This document shows positions 1-10,441 of a DNA stretch of 64,000 bases, one piece after another; the stretch's first letter is position 1; each line of letters opens with the position of its first letter. This stretch comes from Ignavibacteriota bacterium (GTDB lineage: Bacteria; Bacteroidota; Ignavibacteria; UBA10030; CAVZMI01): contig CAVZMI010000015.1 of the NCBI GenBank assembly GCA_963776275.1, forward strand, positions 64,001 through 128,000, read 5' to 3'. A program made the translations under genes and the position numbers. The notes under the pieces are model-generated. The model was not told the DNA's origin. It was given only the letters and a program-made list of their open reading frames with translations, and did not search any database.

Positions 1-79
1 CCGAAGGATGTTGTAGCTAAAAATGAAATAAAAATGTCAAAACACAAATCAGAATTATACGACCGTAGAATATTGTCAT
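1..79 (-). CDS. 5' end of a probable secreted protein running off the window
   Basis: ATG at 79, upstream TTGCTT-N17-TATACT promoter; reads as a signal peptide (MTIFYGRIILICVLTF..) only if one base is restored in a T run. Confidence 0.35.
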
Positions 80-184
80 ATCTCGGGATGTCCTGATGGA
101 GTATAAGAAGTATGGGGTGAAAAAGCAAGTGCGAGGAAAATTATGTCTAATAACAAAGGTGTCTGTCATATCAGCAAATTACAA

Positions 185-236
185 AGGTTGCCTCAACGTC
201 CGCACCGCTTTCAGCGGTACGGACGCTCGGCAACCT
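185..236. repeat. Long imperfect palindrome (REP-like or terminator-like hairpin)
   Basis: AGGTTGCC..CGTCCG.ACCGCT-TTC-AGCGGT.CGGACG..GGCAACCT. Confidence 0.6.
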
Positions 237-268
237 GGCTTTTCAATTGTGTAGAAGGGCGGATAATC

Positions 269-313
269 AAGGATACCGTCACTTAAAAAATCCTAAGACG
301 ACGGTAACCTTTT
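269..313. terminator. Hairpin downstream of pta, probable terminator
   Basis: AAGGATACCGTC...GACGGTAACCTTTT imperfect inverted repeat just past the pta stop. Confidence 0.5.
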
Positions 314-320
314 ACTGTTT

Positions 321-1307
321 CTACATCGCACCCATTAAAGCGTTGATTGCCGCGACATTCACTATATCGTCAACGCTGCAGCCGCGCGAGAGGTCGAACG
401 CCGGTTTCTTCAATCCCTGAATTATCGGCCCTACCGCTTCGGCACCTGCAAGACGCTGCGTAAGTTTGTAACCGATATTCCCCGAATTCAATTCAGGAAA
501 GATAAGCACGTTTGCGTTGCCCTGGATCGGACTCCCCGGCGCTTTGGATTGGCCAACCTTCGGAACGATAGCCGCATCAAGCTGAAACTCGCCGTCGAGT
601 ATCAGATTAGGTTGTTTCTTCTTTGCAAGCTCGGTTGCTTTCTGCACTTTTTCGACAAGTGGATGACTTGCGCTTCCCTTTGTAGAGAACGAAAGCATCG
701 CAACACGGGGTTCCTCGCCGGTAAGCTTCTTATGATTTGCCGCAGTCGTCAGAGCAATATCGGCAAGCTGTTCGGCTGTCGGGTCGGGTACAACGGCACA
801 ATCGGCAAAAGAGAAAACATGGTCAGGAAATATCATCAGGAAAAAGCTCGAGACTATGTTAATCCCTTCGGCAAGTCCGATCACCTGAAGTCCGGCGCGC
901 AGAACGTCACCGGTAGTCGATATAGAACCGGACACGCTGCCATCTGCCAGACCCTGCCGCACCATCATTGCACCAAAAAAAAGAGGGTGCAACAATGCTT
1001 TCTGCGCATCCTCGATCGTAATTCCTTTTGCTTTACGGATTTCAGCGAAGAGCTTTGCAAACTCTTCTTTCTTCTCCGATTTTGCCGGTTCAACGATCGG
1101 TATTCCATTCAGCGATACGTTCAGTTTCCCGGCCTTTGTCCGGATCTCCTGTTCATTCCCGATCAATGTTGCACGGACAATCTCCTGGTCTACCAGTTTT
1201 CGTGCAGCCTGAATCGCCCTCTCGTCGATCCCATCGGGAAGGACGATATGTTTTTTGAGGGTTCGGGCTTTCGATTTGATTTCTGTAATAAGAGGTAATT
1301 CAGCCAT
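321..1307 (-). CDS. pta: Phosphate acetyltransferase
   Basis: Motifs FADCAVVPDP, AMLSFSTKGSA, DGEFQLDAA, GNIGYKL, DLSRGCS; 328 aa. Confidence 0.95.
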   Translation of the reverse strand: MAELPLITEIKSKARTLKKHIVLPDGIDERAIQAARKLVDQEIVRATLIGNEQEIRTKAGKLNVSLNGIPIVEPAKSEKKEEFAKLFAEIRKAKGITIEDAQKALLHPLFFGAMMVRQGLADGSVSGSISTTGDVLRAGLQVIGLAEGINIVSSFFLMIFPDHVFSFADCAVVPDPTAEQLADIALTTAANHKKLTGEEPRVAMLSFSTKGSASHPLVEKVQKATELAKKKQPNLILDGEFQLDAAIVPKVGQSKAPGSPIQGNANVLIFPELNSGNIGYKLTQRLAGAEAVGPIIQGLKKPAFDLSRGCSVDDIVNVAAINALMGAM

Positions 1308-1357
1308 GACTCTTTCAGGTTCTGGAATTAATAATCAGTGGACTATAATTTCAGGTT

Positions 1358-1388
1358 CAAATATATCCCTGAATTGCAACAATAGCAA
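1358..1388 (-). promoter_or_regulatory. Housekeeping promoter of pta
   Basis: TTGCTA-N17-TATATTTG (TAnnTTTG-type -10/-7 element). Confidence 0.55.
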
Positions 1389-1553
1389 GGAGATAGCTCC
1401 AAAAAATCTGCCGATTTGTCAACCCCCATTTTGAAAAAACCGCATAAATACTTAAAATCTAATTAAAAGAATTTAATGATGCCCTTTCACCTTGACCATA
1501 TGTCATACTTTGACTATATTTTTTCTTGTTCTTCAATCGGGATTGTGTGCTGA

Positions 1554-2915
1554 ATGCTTGGTAGAAAGCGGGTGTACATTGAGACGTATGGCTGCCAGAT
1601 GAATGTGGCTGACTCGGAAGTGGTTTCGAGTATTCTCCACAGCAATGGCTTTGCACTTACCCCCGATATCGCAGAGGCCGATATTGTATTCTTAAACACC
1701 TGCAGTGTCCGCGACAACGCCGAGAAAAAGGTATACAACCGTTTAAAGCACCTTCGACATTACAAGAAAAAAAGACCGGAGGTTCTCATCGGTCTCCTCG
1801 GCTGTATGGCCGAGCGGCTTCGTGCGGCACTCTTCGATTCAAATAGTCTTCTTGATCTGGTTGTCGGTCCTGACGAATACCGGAAGTTACCGTCGCTCAT
1901 TGACGGGGTCTATCGGGGAGAGAAGGGGCTGGCAGTCAGGCTTTCACGGGTTGAGAACTACGACGATATTACCCCGCTCCGCACCGATGGCATCAGTGCT
2001 TGGCTGTCTGTCATGCGCGGCTGCGATAAGTTCTGCAGCTTCTGTGTGGTACCATTCACACGGGGCCGGGAGCGAAGCCGTACTCTCGATTCTATCATCT
2101 GTGAAGTAAGAGGCTTAAGTGCGCGGGGTTTTAGAGAAGTTACCCTGTTGGGACAAAACGTCAACTCATACCGGGACGGCGAGGCTGATTTTGCCGACCT
2201 TCTAGTACGGGTTGCCGAAGTAGATCGATCGATGCGGGTGCGCTTCTTAACTTCTCATCCGCAGGATATGTCGGACCGGTTGATAGAGACAATTGCACGT
2301 CATACAAATATCTGTAATTACATTCATCTGCCGCTGCAATCGGGTTCGGACCGGATTCTGGGATTGATGAATCGGAATTATACCGCCGATCACTATCTCC
2401 GGCTGGTGAAGAAAATTCGCGAAGCAATTCCGGGGGTGGGTCTTTCTACAGATATTATCGCCGGATTTCCATCGGAAACTGATGAAGATCATAAACAAAC
2501 GTTAGCGATAATGGAGCAGGTCCGGTTTGACGGTGCATATATGTTCCGGTATTCGCCGCGGGAGGGTACAAGAGCATGGACATTAAAAGATGATGTTCCG
2601 GAGGAAATAAAAATTGATCGTCTGAATGCTATTATTACACGGCAACAGAAGACTTCATACGAGAATAACCAACGATTCATAGGAACGATAGAAGAGATCC
2701 TTGTTGAAGGGGAGAGCAAGAAGTCTCCGGATAAATGGCAGGGGCGAACCGACACGAATAGGGTAGTGATTTTTCCCCGTGGTGATGCACAGATTGGTGA
2801 AATGATTCGCATAGAAATTCATAGGGCAAATTCAGCGACTCTGTTCGGAGATTATATCATAACAGAATCGGTAATTGATACAGCCGATCAAACAATAAGT
2901 GATTGTGTACGATGA
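1554..2915 (+). CDS. miaB: tRNA methylthiotransferase MiaB
   Basis: TYGCQMN N-terminal motif, radical SAM CDKFCSFC, C-terminal TRAM domain. Confidence 0.95.
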   Translation: MLGRKRVYIETYGCQMNVADSEVVSSILHSNGFALTPDIAEADIVFLNTCSVRDNAEKKVYNRLKHLRHYKKKRPEVLIGLLGCMAERLRAALFDSNSLLDLVVGPDEYRKLPSLIDGVYRGEKGLAVRLSRVENYDDITPLRTDGISAWLSVMRGCDKFCSFCVVPFTRGRERSRTLDSIICEVRGLSARGFREVTLLGQNVNSYRDGEADFADLLVRVAEVDRSMRVRFLTSHPQDMSDRLIETIARHTNICNYIHLPLQSGSDRILGLMNRNYTADHYLRLVKKIREAIPGVGLSTDIIAGFPSETDEDHKQTLAIMEQVRFDGAYMFRYSPREGTRAWTLKDDVPEEIKIDRLNAIITRQQKTSYENNQRFIGTIEEILVEGESKKSPDKWQGRTDTNRVVIFPRGDAQIGEMIRIEIHRANSATLFGDYIITESVIDTADQTISDCVR

Positions 2916-3802
2916 AGACATGGATAGTCGTCATTCTTTTTATTATTTCCGGTTTTTTCACAGTCCGGGCGCAGGAAACGGCCGAGCCTGATATTCAGAA
3001 GCGGCTCGATCTTATTAAGCTTGGAAAAATTGAGCAAGTGCGTTCTGAACTTCCGTCGCTTCTAGAGCATTATCCGAATAACCCCGGGATATTATATCTC
3101 CAGGGAGTATTGATAAGTGATGGCGGTGAAGCAGTCCGGACATTTCAAAATTTAATCGATAATTTTTCGAAGAGCGAATGGGCCGACGATGCTCTTTATA
3201 GAATTTATCAATATTATTACGCTCTCGGGTTATACAAAACCGCAGATCAAAAGCTTGAAAAGCTGCGTCAGGATTATCCGCAGTCTCCGTATCTACGAAG
3301 TTTTCAGCAGCAGGCCCGTCTGAATCTTGATATTAATCAAGACGCCGGCATACCGGAGGCACGCAAGCAGGTTGGCGGGCAAGTACCAACTCAGCCCGGG
3401 TCAACCGATGAGACAACCCGGCAAAAAGCTCAGGTACAATCGCCCGCGAGACAACCTGAAGTCAAGCAACAACCGGTCGTAACTGAACGCGCACCGGCAG
3501 TGGTTAAAGAAGAGCCGGCGCCTGCAATAACCGAGAAGAGAGAAACTGTTAAAAAGATTTCCCCAAGCAGTTCTGGTGGATATACAGTTCAAACGGGTGT
3601 TTTTTCGAGTCGTCAAAATGCCGAGCGATACCAATCTGATCTTGGAAGGGCCAACATTACTGCCGAAGTCCGGTTGAGACAGGTCGGTGGGAAAGAAATG
3701 TATGCAGTCTGTGTTGGCACTTATACGACATATGAAGAAGCACAGCGGTACGTTGAGGCATTAAAAGAGAAAAATATTACAGGGATTGTTATAGGTCGGT
3801 GA
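2912..3802 (+). CDS. Exported TPR + SPOR domain protein
   Basis: Signal peptide, TPR-like WADDALYRI, Pro/Gln/Glu linker, SPOR motif [14 protein letters not shown]; ATGA overlap with miaB. Confidence 0.8.
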   Translation: MKTWIVVILFIISGFFTVRAQETAEPDIQKRLDLIKLGKIEQVRSELPSLLEHYPNNPGILYLQGVLISDGGEAVRTFQNLIDNFSKSEWADDALYRIYQYYYALGLYKTADQKLEKLRQDYPQSPYLRSFQQQARLNLDINQDAGIPEARKQVGGQVPTQPGSTDETTRQKAQVQSPARQPEVKQQPVVTERAPAVVKEEPAPAITEKRETVKKISPSSSGGYTVQTGVFSSRQNAERYQSDLGRANITAEVRLRQVGGKEMYAVCVGTYTTYEEAQRYVEALKEKNITGIVIGR

Positions 3803-4971
3803 CGATGGAGGATCTGAAACATATCGATCATGTGAAATTCCAGATGGAACACGGGATCATCGGAACATCGATAGAAATGCAGGAGATCGTCAATACAATC
3901 CTGCAGGTTGCGCCGACCGATATTACCGTTTTGATCACTGGTGAAAGTGGTGTCGGGAAAGAGATCATTGTAAAAGCAATTCATGCGGCAAGCAAACGAG
4001 CCAATAAAGCTCTGGTAACCGTCAATTGCGGTGCTATACCGGAAGGAATCATCGAAAGCGAATTATTCGGCCATGAGAAAGGCGCATTTACCGGAGCAAC
4101 CGATCAACGCAAAGGCTATTTTGAACTGGCAGATAGCGGAACAATTTTTCTTGATGAGATTGGCGAACTGCCTCCCGCCACGCAGGTGAAATTTCTCCGT
4201 GTTCTTGAGAACGGCGAGTTCATGCGAGTCGGCTCATCGCAGACACGTGAGGTTGATGTCCGCATCATCGCAGCAACGAACCGAAATTTGGAGCAGAGCG
4301 TTCACGCAAAATCTTTTCGGGCTGATTTATTTTTCAGACTCCGGACCGTCAATATTCAGATTCCGCCGCTGAGGAACCATCGTAATGATATTCCGATTCT
4401 TGCTGCAGCATTTGTGAGGGATTTTTGTGAACGAAACAATATGCCGATCCCCGAATTGAATGAAGAAATACTATCGGTTCTTGTGAATTACAACTGGCCG
4501 GGGAATGTCAGAGAATTGCGGAATGTTATTGAAAGCTTACTCGTCATGCACGCGGGGGGAACGATCACAGTGGATGATGTGCGAAAAATTTTACGGGGAT
4601 ATTCAATGAACCATCATGAAGATAGGAATCTTCCGGTAGTGTTGAACAAGACTGCGGAACAGGCCGAACGGGAGTTGATATACCGGGCATTGCTCGATAT
4701 GAAATCGGATATTGTGGAGATCAAGACTCTTTTAAGCCGTTCGATGCCTGCCGGGAGTGTCCCGCTTCCTGTAGGATATGAAGGATCGGCCGTAGAAACC
4801 ACTGCGCATAATGACGATGGTGATACACTGACGCTTGACGAGATGGAACGGAAGATGATTGCTAATGCACTCGATAAATACCTCGGAAATCGGCGTCGGG
4901 CTGCACGTGCATTGAAGATCAGCGAACGCACACTCTATCGGAAAATTAAAGAATATGGGCTTCAGGGGTAG
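3799..4971 (+). CDS. Sigma54-dependent enhancer-binding protein lacking a sensor domain
   Basis: Walker [31 protein letters not shown]-terminal Fis-type HTH. Confidence 0.93.
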   Translation: MTMEDLKHIDHVKFQMEHGIIGTSIEMQEIVNTILQVAPTDITVLITGESGVGKEIIVKAIHAASKRANKALVTVNCGAIPEGIIESELFGHEKGAFTGATDQRKGYFELADSGTIFLDEIGELPPATQVKFLRVLENGEFMRVGSSQTREVDVRIIAATNRNLEQSVHAKSFRADLFFRLRTVNIQIPPLRNHRNDIPILAAAFVRDFCERNNMPIPELNEEILSVLVNYNWPGNVRELRNVIESLLVMHAGGTITVDDVRKILRGYSMNHHEDRNLPVVLNKTAEQAERELIYRALLDMKSDIVEIKTLLSRSMPAGSVPLPVGYEGSAVETTAHNDDGDTLTLDEMERKMIANALDKYLGNRRRAARALKISERTLYRKIKEYGLQG

Positions 4972-5488
4972 AGCAACGCTCAATCGTCCGTTCTTGTTGA
5001 TACGGGTTGTTCCCTGCATAACAGTTCTGTGCCTTGCGGGGTGTTTTTATTCATTTCGTGGTACATCAGTGCCGTCTCACATGAAGACCATTGCCATTCC
5101 GGTCTTTGATGATCAGAGCGGTCTTGGCCAGGCGGGACTCAGGGACAAATTCACAAGGGATCTTACTGATCTCTTTGTCAGCGATAACACACTTCAGGTG
5201 ACGGATCGCAAATCAGCCGATGCGTTACTGGAAGGAAGTATTTCAACGATTCAGGATCAGGCAGCGGTTGTTGGTTCCGGTGAAGAGGTGAAGAAACGCA
5301 GAATTACGATAACCGTTCATGTCTCTTTTCATGATCTCAAACTCCGGAAGAAAGTCTGGGAAAAAGATTTTTCGAACTGGGGTGATTATGAATCCGGTGG
5401 GGGATTATCACAACGGGATATTGGAATTGACGATGCACTGCAAAAAATTTCCGAAGATATTCTGATCGCCACAGTTTCCGGATGGTAA
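4955..5488 (+). CDS. lptE: LptE-family lipoprotein
   Basis: Lipobox LAGC followed by [15 protein letters not shown]; position after miaB and the sigma54 activator as in Bacteroidota. Confidence 0.7.
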   Translation: MGFRGRATLNRPFLLIRVVPCITVLCLAGCFYSFRGTSVPSHMKTIAIPVFDDQSGLGQAGLRDKFTRDLTDLFVSDNTLQVTDRKSADALLEGSISTIQDQAAVVGSGEEVKKRRITITVHVSFHDLKLRKKVWEKDFSNWGDYESGGGLSQRDIGIDDALQKISEDILIATVSGW

Positions 5489-5545
5489 TAATGGCGATAG
5501 ACATTTTTGACTAAATGTAATAACATTAGAGGTCGCGTATTTCCT

Positions 5546-7015
5546 ATGAATGCCTTTATTTTAATTTCGTATCTGATTTCGCTCATTATTCTTTTCAGCT
5601 TCGGTCTTCATGGCTTTGTGATGGTGTACTATTATATCAAGACTCGGGATATGAAACGTATGCCGACACCACCACTCACCGACTATCCAAGAGTCACAAT
5701 CCAGCTTCCGCTCTATAATGAATTCTATGTTGTACAAAGGCTGATTGATGCTTCATGTGCAATTGATTATCCGAAAGAGAAGATGGAAATTCAGATTCTT
5801 GATGATTCGACAGATGAAACGGTGGGCGTTGTTGACAGGATAGTAAGTGAAAAGCGTACACAGGGATATGACATCGTTCATATCTGCCGTACAAATCGCT
5901 CGGGCTTTAAGGCAGGAGCTCTTAAAGAAGGGCTTGTGACAGCAACGGGAGAGTTCATAGCCATTTTTGATGCCGATTTCGTCCCCAATCATGATTTCCT
6001 CAAACAAACAATCCCGTATTTCAATGATGAAAAGATCGGCATGGTGCAAACTCGTTGGGAACATCTTAACAGCGATTATTCACTTCTGACCCGCACGCAG
6101 GCGATGGCACTTGACGCTCACTTTGTGATCGAGCAGACAGTGCGAAACAAGGCGGGATTTTTCATCAACTTCAACGGCACCGGCGGAGTATGGAGAAAAT
6201 CATGCATACTCGATGCCGGCAATTGGCAGGCTGATACGTTGACGGAAGATCTCGATCTAAGTTATCGTGCGCAGCTCCGCGGATGGAAGTTTAAATTCTT
6301 GAAAGATGTCACATCACCGGCCGAACTTCCATCGGAGATTAATGCGTTGAAGTCGCAACAATTCCGGTGGACAAAGGGTGCGATTGAGACAGCCAGGAAA
6401 ATGCTGCCGCAGGTCTGGAAATCCGCCCTTCCACTTCGGGTAAAATTACAATCGACGGTTCACCTCACCAATAACCTTGTCTTTCCGTTCATTCTACTTG
6501 CAGGAATTTTAAATGTCCCTCTCGGATTTATCAAAAATGGAGGAGGATACGATTCCTATTTTGCAGTCATGTCGGTGTTTGTGCTGGCATTTATCGGTTC
6601 ATTTCTATTTTATCTTTATTCACAAAAAGATATCTATCCCGACTGGCGGCGCAAGATATTTCTCTTCCCGCTCTTCATGGCCGGCAGTATGGGATTTGCG
6701 GTAAACAATACAAAAGCGGTGCTGGAAGGATTATTTAAAAAGAAAAGCGAGTTTGTCCGTACACCGAAATATATGATACAGGGAAAGAAAGATCGCTGGG
6801 TGGATAAGAAATACGTTCCTCTGAAGGTAAGCTGGACGGTGATCGTCGAAGTTATCCTTGCTCTTTATTGTTTCTTTGGTGTTGCATCATCGCTCTATTT
6901 TCTCGAAATTGCCGCAGTACCATTCCAGCTGCTCTTTGCGCTTGGATTCGGTTTTGTTGCATTTCTTTCGGTTCGCCATGCATGGGAAGCCAGAAAAATT
7001 CGAACAATAGGATAA
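5546..7015 (+). CDS. Processive GT2 glycosyltransferase (cellulose-synthase-like)
   Basis: DDS, KAG, DAD, TED and QQFRW motifs; multiple TM helices. Confidence 0.9.
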   Translation: MNAFILISYLISLIILFSFGLHGFVMVYYYIKTRDMKRMPTPPLTDYPRVTIQLPLYNEFYVVQRLIDASCAIDYPKEKMEIQILDDSTDETVGVVDRIVSEKRTQGYDIVHICRTNRSGFKAGALKEGLVTATGEFIAIFDADFVPNHDFLKQTIPYFNDEKIGMVQTRWEHLNSDYSLLTRTQAMALDAHFVIEQTVRNKAGFFINFNGTGGVWRKSCILDAGNWQADTLTEDLDLSYRAQLRGWKFKFLKDVTSPAELPSEINALKSQQFRWTKGAIETARKMLPQVWKSALPLRVKLQSTVHLTNNLVFPFILLAGILNVPLGFIKNGGGYDSYFAVMSVFVLAFIGSFLFYLYSQKDIYPDWRRKIFLFPLFMAGSMGFAVNNTKAVLEGLFKKKSEFVRTPKYMIQGKKDRWVDKKYVPLKVSWTVIVEVILALYCFFGVASSLYFLEIAAVPFQLLFALGFGFVAFLSVRHAWEARKIRTIG

Positions 7016-7019
7016 ACTT

Positions 7020-7859
7020 ATGGAAGAGAACGGAAAAATTGCACAACTCGAGGCAAGACTTAATGCCCGGCCAAATTCACCATTATTCGCCCGCTTTGCA
7101 TCAGTACTTCTGGAACAGGGAGAAGTAACACGGGCAATCGAACTCTGTGAAAAAGGTATAGAGGAATATCCCACCTATCCAACGGGATATCTCATTGCAG
7201 CGCAATGCTACTATGCGGCTGGACGGATCGACGATGCTGAGAAAGCGGTTCGATTTATACTGAAGCACCATACGCGCCATACAGGAGCACTGCGATTTCT
7301 TGAAGAGATAAAAGATACGAAGGGCGGAGGAGTATTCTCACAGGTAGGCCACACACAGGCATTTGAGACGTTTAGCCAGAATATGCGGAATGAACTTCTG
7401 GGAACTGAGAATTCACTGGATATAGATGATTTTCTCGCCGAACAACCTGAGAGTCAGGAATCAATCGAGGCACTCGCAGCTTCGCTTGAAGACGCAAAAA
7501 TAACTCCGCAACCCTTTGAAAGCAATTCATTTCAAGAAAATGTCAAAGACACGATACCAATAGATCCTTCGATTGCGACGGTTACGCTTGCCGATATTTA
7601 TGAAAGGCAGGGTCAATACGCCGAGGCAATTGCAATCTATCAAAAACTTATTGAACAGAATCCAGCAGATCGTTTACGGTTTATGCACAAGATAGATGAT
7701 CTTCAGGCCTTATCAACAACAGGGGATTTGACGTATAGTGGAAATTTTGGATATTTCAAAAAAGGCTTCGCCCATAGGGCGGAACCTTTTTTTATGTCCT
7801 CACTACAATTAATAACAGCAACTATCTCGAACAGGAATATAAGGCCGATCCGTTCATGA
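7020..7859 (+). CDS. TPR protein (true C-terminus probably shorter)
   Basis: N-terminal TPRs and C-terminal TVTLADIYERQGQYAEAIAIY; the ORF tail runs through a terminator. Confidence 0.75.
   Translation: MEENGKIAQLEARLNARPNSPLFARFASVLLEQGEVTRAIELCEKGIEEYPTYPTGYLIAAQCYYAAGRIDDAEKAVRFILKHHTRHTGALRFLEEIKDTKGGGVFSQVGHTQAFETFSQNMRNELLGTENSLDIDDFLAEQPESQESIEALAASLEDAKITPQPFESNSFQENVKDTIPIDPSIATVTLADIYERQGQYAEAIAIYQKLIEQNPADRLRFMHKIDDLQALSTTGDLTYSGNFGYFKKGFAHRAEPFFMSSLQLITATISNRNIRPIRS
7758..7793. terminator. Bidirectional intrinsic terminator
   Basis: A6-GGCTTCGCCC-ATA-GGGCGGAACC-T7 between convergent genes. Confidence 0.8.
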
Positions 7860-7950
7860 TAATAATATGTAACTGATCTTCGTCCTATTTAATAGGAACA
7901 GCGAAAGAGAAACGGATCGATGACGGTATGATTTTAAGTAATGAAAGGAC

Positions 7951-8589
7951 TTAAAACTGGAATAGAATACCAACAGTCGGCATCAGGAGGGCATCGTTGA
8001 TCGTTTTTCCATTAATACTTACAAATGTTGAGTAATATTTGACGGAGAAATCGAGTCCTATGAATCCAAGAAATGGCATCATAATACCGGCACCGATTAC
8101 CGTACAACCGCCAGTTTTTACTTCGGAATTTGTAATCGACTGGAGATTTGGACTGACATTATCATAGGTTATGAAACTCCGGTAAATGCTGAGTCCGATA
8201 CCTCCTTGGATATAGATACGGCTGAAACGATAATTGAGATATGCAATAAGAGGAGAGAATCCTATATAATGTGATGCTGTGGTTTCGTGATTATCATAGA
8301 ATGCAGAAGTCTTTTGTTCGAAACTTGTAAAGATAAAGCCGAATTCGCCTCCTACACTGACATTATTATTGAAGGGTATAAGAACCTGAATACCACCCCC
8401 GAGTCCCCCTTTGAGTGAGACCGATGTTGAAGTTTTCGCCGAAAGAATTGCCTTAGAAGCGTTGCCCGAACTGAGAAGATCGATACAGCCAAAGATCTTA
8501 AGGATTGTTCTTTCATCGTCACCAGTAGCATGGAGAGATGAGACGCTCCAACAAGTCAAAGATAATAATATTAAAACAATTCTCCGCAT
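7951..8589 (-). CDS. Outer membrane beta-barrel protein
   Basis: Signal peptide, alternating amphipathic strands, terminal Phe (GILFQF). Confidence 0.7.
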   Translation of the reverse strand: MRRIVLILLSLTCWSVSSLHATGDDERTILKIFGCIDLLSSGNASKAILSAKTSTSVSLKGGLGGGIQVLIPFNNNVSVGGEFGFIFTSFEQKTSAFYDNHETTASHYIGFSPLIAYLNYRFSRIYIQGGIGLSIYRSFITYDNVSPNLQSITNSEVKTGGCTVIGAGIMMPFLGFIGLDFSVKYYSTFVSINGKTINDALLMPTVGILFQF

Positions 8590-8670
8590 AGATAGGGTAC
8601 TGTTTGCAGAAATTGTACGAAAAATGAGAGACCCTCTGTCCCGATAATAATACCGGGCAGTAGTAACGCC

Positions 8671-8925
8671 TCACTTCATTCTATTGACAACTTTTGTAAG
8701 CTTCGATTTCTGGTTGGAGGCTTTATTCCAATGAATGACCTTCTTTGCAGCAAGTTGATCGAGCAATTTTACAGCTTTTTTCAGAGCATCTTCGGCTTCA
8801 GCTTTGCTGCCCGCCCTGCGTACCTTTCTCAGCGCCGTTTTCATTCCCGTAATATCAGCTTTGTTTCTCAGACGCCGGTGTGCATTGATACGGACACGTC
8901 TCTCAGCAGATTTGTGTTGTGGCAT
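8671..8925 (-). CDS. rpsT: 30S ribosomal protein S20
   Basis: MPQHKSAERRVR...IHWNKASNQKSKL; AGGAG RBS; start at 8925 rather than the ORF-track 9105. Confidence 0.95.
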   Translation of the reverse strand: MPQHKSAERRVRINAHRRLRNKADITGMKTALRKVRRAGSKAEAEDALKKAVKLLDQLAAKKVIHWNKASNQKSKLTKVVNRMK

Positions 8926-9179
8926 TCCTACTCCTGATGAAAATCGATATTCAGAATATAAGTAAACCTCAAAATACAAAAAAAAACAAATATAGTCAAT
9001 GAGTTTTTCATCAATAAAAGCGGAGAATACTATGAAACATACACACCCTCTCATATAGTCTTTCTCATCTCGTTCATTATGATCGAATGCGAAGCATTCA
9101 GTCAATGGGTAACAAAAGAAAATATGTATTCGGAAAAAACAAACTCATCATCGTTTTCTCCGGATACAATGTCTATTGA

Positions 9180-9440
9180 AAGCGGATAATCTCTCCCGAT
9201 AAAACATTTCCATTCAATACATCGACGAGGCTATGCTATGGATTGCTGTCCGACGTTTATGTGCAAATCGAAATCTCTGACATTATTTGCCGGCCCGTAA
9301 TGACTCTTATCAATAAACATCAACGGGCCGCCATCTATTCTCCTCTAATTAATTGTGAATTTTTCCCGAGCGGGGTCTATTGGACCCGAATACAGGCGGA
9401 AGAATTTACGGCTGTCAGGAAAATAATATTCCTGAAGTAA
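9180..9440 (+). pseudogene. Degenerate solo T9SS-type (Por) C-terminal sorting domain
   Basis: PFNTSTRLCY..IEISDIICRPVMTLIN..PSGVYWTRIQAEEFTAVRKIIFLK resembles the PFNPST..SGVYFYRL..KKMILLK pattern; in-frame TGA at 9177, no cargo. Confidence 0.65.
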
Positions 9441-9489
9441 CCCATTAATTATGAATAGGTTGGAAAATAGACGAATTGATCCATCAAAG

Positions 9490-9550
9490 TTGCATTTTTG
9501 TAGGAAGAACGCTATAATCTTGACATTCGCACGTTGATATTGTACATTTG
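9490..9550 (+). promoter_or_regulatory. Tandem housekeeping promoters
   Basis: TTGCAT-N17-TATAAT (9490-9518) and TTGACA-N17-TACATTTG (9520-9550). Confidence 0.65.
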
Positions 9551-9746
9551 GCATGAACATAGATCCGTGTTCAGTCTTCAGTTCCACAAGTCGCGTGTTA
9601 ATGACATGAACGAAGTGGACTGTTGACGCTGACCAGGTCGGTCATCATGATCATCTCCTTGCCACGCCAACCCTCCGCTCGTTGCATGCCGGGGTGATAA
9701 TTATGCACAACTACATGAGATCTTTTCCAATTAAAAGGAGAGAGCC

Positions 9747-10346
9747 ATGAAAAATGGTCTCATGCGCTTTTCGTTCTTGATGGTCATCATTTTACTTTCT
9801 GTTCCAGCTGCGCTATCTCAAAATGTATTGAGAAACCCCGGATTTGAAACGTTCGTCAATGGCGAGCCAGGCGACTGGGCGACGTCGAATATTTCCGGGA
9901 TGCTTGTTCTCGTATCCCAATCGAAAGAAGCTCATAGCGGAAAAAGTGGAATCAAACTCGAAGTAAAACCGTTCTACGGTACAAAAATGGCTGGCACCGC
10001 AACGCAGGAAAATATTAGAATAACAGAGCCTCAGGTGCAATTCAGAGGCTTCTATATGCTTAAATCAGTCGGTGGAGATAAAGCATTGGTCAATGTAACA
10101 CTGATCAATGAGAACGGAAGCACAATCTGTGTTGAAAATCTCGACCTTGAACCGGCTGCATCATTCGAACGATTCTCACTGCCGGCCAATGCTCCGGATG
10201 GGAGTACGGTTGTAAAAGCGAAAGTGTGTATCGCGATCATCGGTGGGAACAACGATCAGCTCCATGAAGGAACGGTAGCAATTTTTGATGATTTTTTGCT
10301 GGCACCACAAACGGTGGAAAAGGATACACTCGGCAAAGCTCGGTAG
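9747..10346 (+). CDS. Secreted carbohydrate-binding (CBM4/9-like beta-sandwich) protein
   Basis: Signal peptide, NVLRNPGFE..W, AHSGKSG, FDDFLL; AAGGAG RBS. Confidence 0.65.
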   Translation: MKNGLMRFSFLMVIILLSVPAALSQNVLRNPGFETFVNGEPGDWATSNISGMLVLVSQSKEAHSGKSGIKLEVKPFYGTKMAGTATQENIRITEPQVQFRGFYMLKSVGGDKALVNVTLINENGSTICVENLDLEPAASFERFSLPANAPDGSTVVKAKVCIAIIGGNNDQLHEGTVAIFDDFLLAPQTVEKDTLGKAR

Positions 10347-10441
10347 AAAATTGAACATACACTTTGCCGGCTATCCTGGTTGAAATCATGAAATGTTCGG
10401 TTTGCGGGGTGACTCTTGTCTCGGCGAGTAGAAGGATTATT

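Noticed and set aside
185-236. Integron attC site
   Set aside because: Lacks the RYYYAAC...GTTRRRY core pair; no integrase or cassette array
549-1298. 249-aa plus-strand ORF and many other antisense ORFs in the track
   Set aside because: Shadow frames of well-supported genes, with no motifs or RBS
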